NCBI GenBank assembly: GCA_907165135.1
Contig: OU015569.1
Location: forward strand, 4,712,001-4,776,000
Direction of reading: 5' to 3'
From: Oikopleura dioica
Lineage: Eukaryota > Animalia > Chordata
Length of the DNA stretch: 64,000 nucleotides
Positions 63,301 to 64,000 of the stretch are shown here, one piece after another (positions within the stretch are counted from its first letter, which is position 1; each line of letters starts with the position of its first letter). The position numbers and the translations under genes are program-made. The notes below the pieces were generated by a model. It was not told the DNA's origin. It worked only from the letters and a program-made list of their open reading frames with translations, and did not search any database.

Positions 63301-64000
63301 GAGCTTGAGGTTTGGGGACGGGAGCAGCTTTCTTGGCGACTTTATCAGACTTTTTCGGGATCCTTACTAGCTCCTCTTCAGGAGGAGGAGTTGGTGTGCT
63401 TAGTGTATGCATCGTATTCACGTGTGGATCAGCCAGACGTTTTCGCGGAACATCTTTCTTCTTTGTCAGCTCTGGTTGAAGCTCTGGCTCGGGCTCACTC
63501 GACGGTTTATTGGAAGCTGATTTTCGTGAAGGTTTTGGGTCTGGGACAAGCTCAGGTTCACTGTCTTTTAAAAGGTCAGTCTCGAGTCACTGCTACGAAG
63601 AAAATTCTTGTAATTTACATATAATAAATATCTTTTTCTGACCCTTTCCTGAATCGTGAGAAGGCTTTGGATGGAAGGTGGGCTTTTTATGAAATTTCTT
63701 CGTGCTCTCGGTAGCGAATCCTCTTTCGAATGGATCTTGACGAAGATTGATTTCTTCGTTATAAGCCTGCGATTGAAAGTTGAATTGCGAGAGACCCTGA
63801 GTCTGCGTATGGGGAGCTTCTTCCTCTACAAGAAGATCGTAAAATTTTTCTTATGAAAATCAAGCAAGTAATACCTGTAGCGATTACATAATTATCAAAG
63901 ACCTCCGCCAGCTTTAGGTGAAATTTGCCTGCCTTCCTGCCTTTATTTTTGGTTGCTTTTTGACCACTTCATAGACTTCTGATGTTGCGCGGCTAACCTC
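60360..64000 (-). CDS. BRCA1: BRCA1-like protein (tandem C-terminal BRCT, coiled coil, long disordered middle); 5' end beyond window
   Basis: BRCT1 CNRTFKYIAGIAQGCWIVSLDWVKDSLERGFVLDEHHYEIIGDL closely follows the recalled BRCA1 pattern ([35 protein letters not shown]); BRCT2 ends VSRDWLLDCI..YILPND*. RING not seen in window. Confidence 0.7.

Noticed and set aside
1-64000. CRISPR arrays, rRNA, snRNA or spliced-leader RNA genes, autonomous transposase or reverse-transcriptase ORFs
   Set aside because: None recognised by eye; an Infernal/Rfam and RepeatMasker scan would be needed to exclude them formally.

Overview
Eukaryotic, very gene-dense DNA with 40-60 nt introns, several GA-AG/GC-AG introns and closely spaced co-oriented genes. 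This pattern points to the larvacean tunicate Oikopleura dioica (inference from architecture; no database search was run). The ORF track is misleading because most genes are split into short exons, so I re-spliced them by hand. Recognisable genes: USP19-like deubiquitinase (with two antisense genes nested in a 3.47-kb intron), COPS9-like microprotein, a PAN-domain protein, Cdx, a GFRalpha/GFRAL-like single-pass receptor, an atypical kinase, tRNA-Met, a zinc-finger/coiled-coil/RING gene, ApoD-like lipocalin, UGDH, a 74-aa neuropeptide-type precursor, a large WxxW-ricin-CCP-tandem-PTP receptor, and a minus-strand operon-like run (BRCA1-like, ZIP9, unknown, RABIF, SPCS1, GPAT3/4). Best leads: (1) a 773-bp hAT-type MITE with an 8-bp TSD inside the RING coding sequence; its TIR supplies a GT donor and the target site an AG, so it could splice out in frame (Introner-like intron gain); (2) the hidden 8-exon GFRAL-like receptor; (3) the unannotated peptide precursor; (4) the selectin-like lectin-CCP receptor phosphatase. 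Family comparisons rest on recalled sequence patterns and need HMM/BLAST confirmation.
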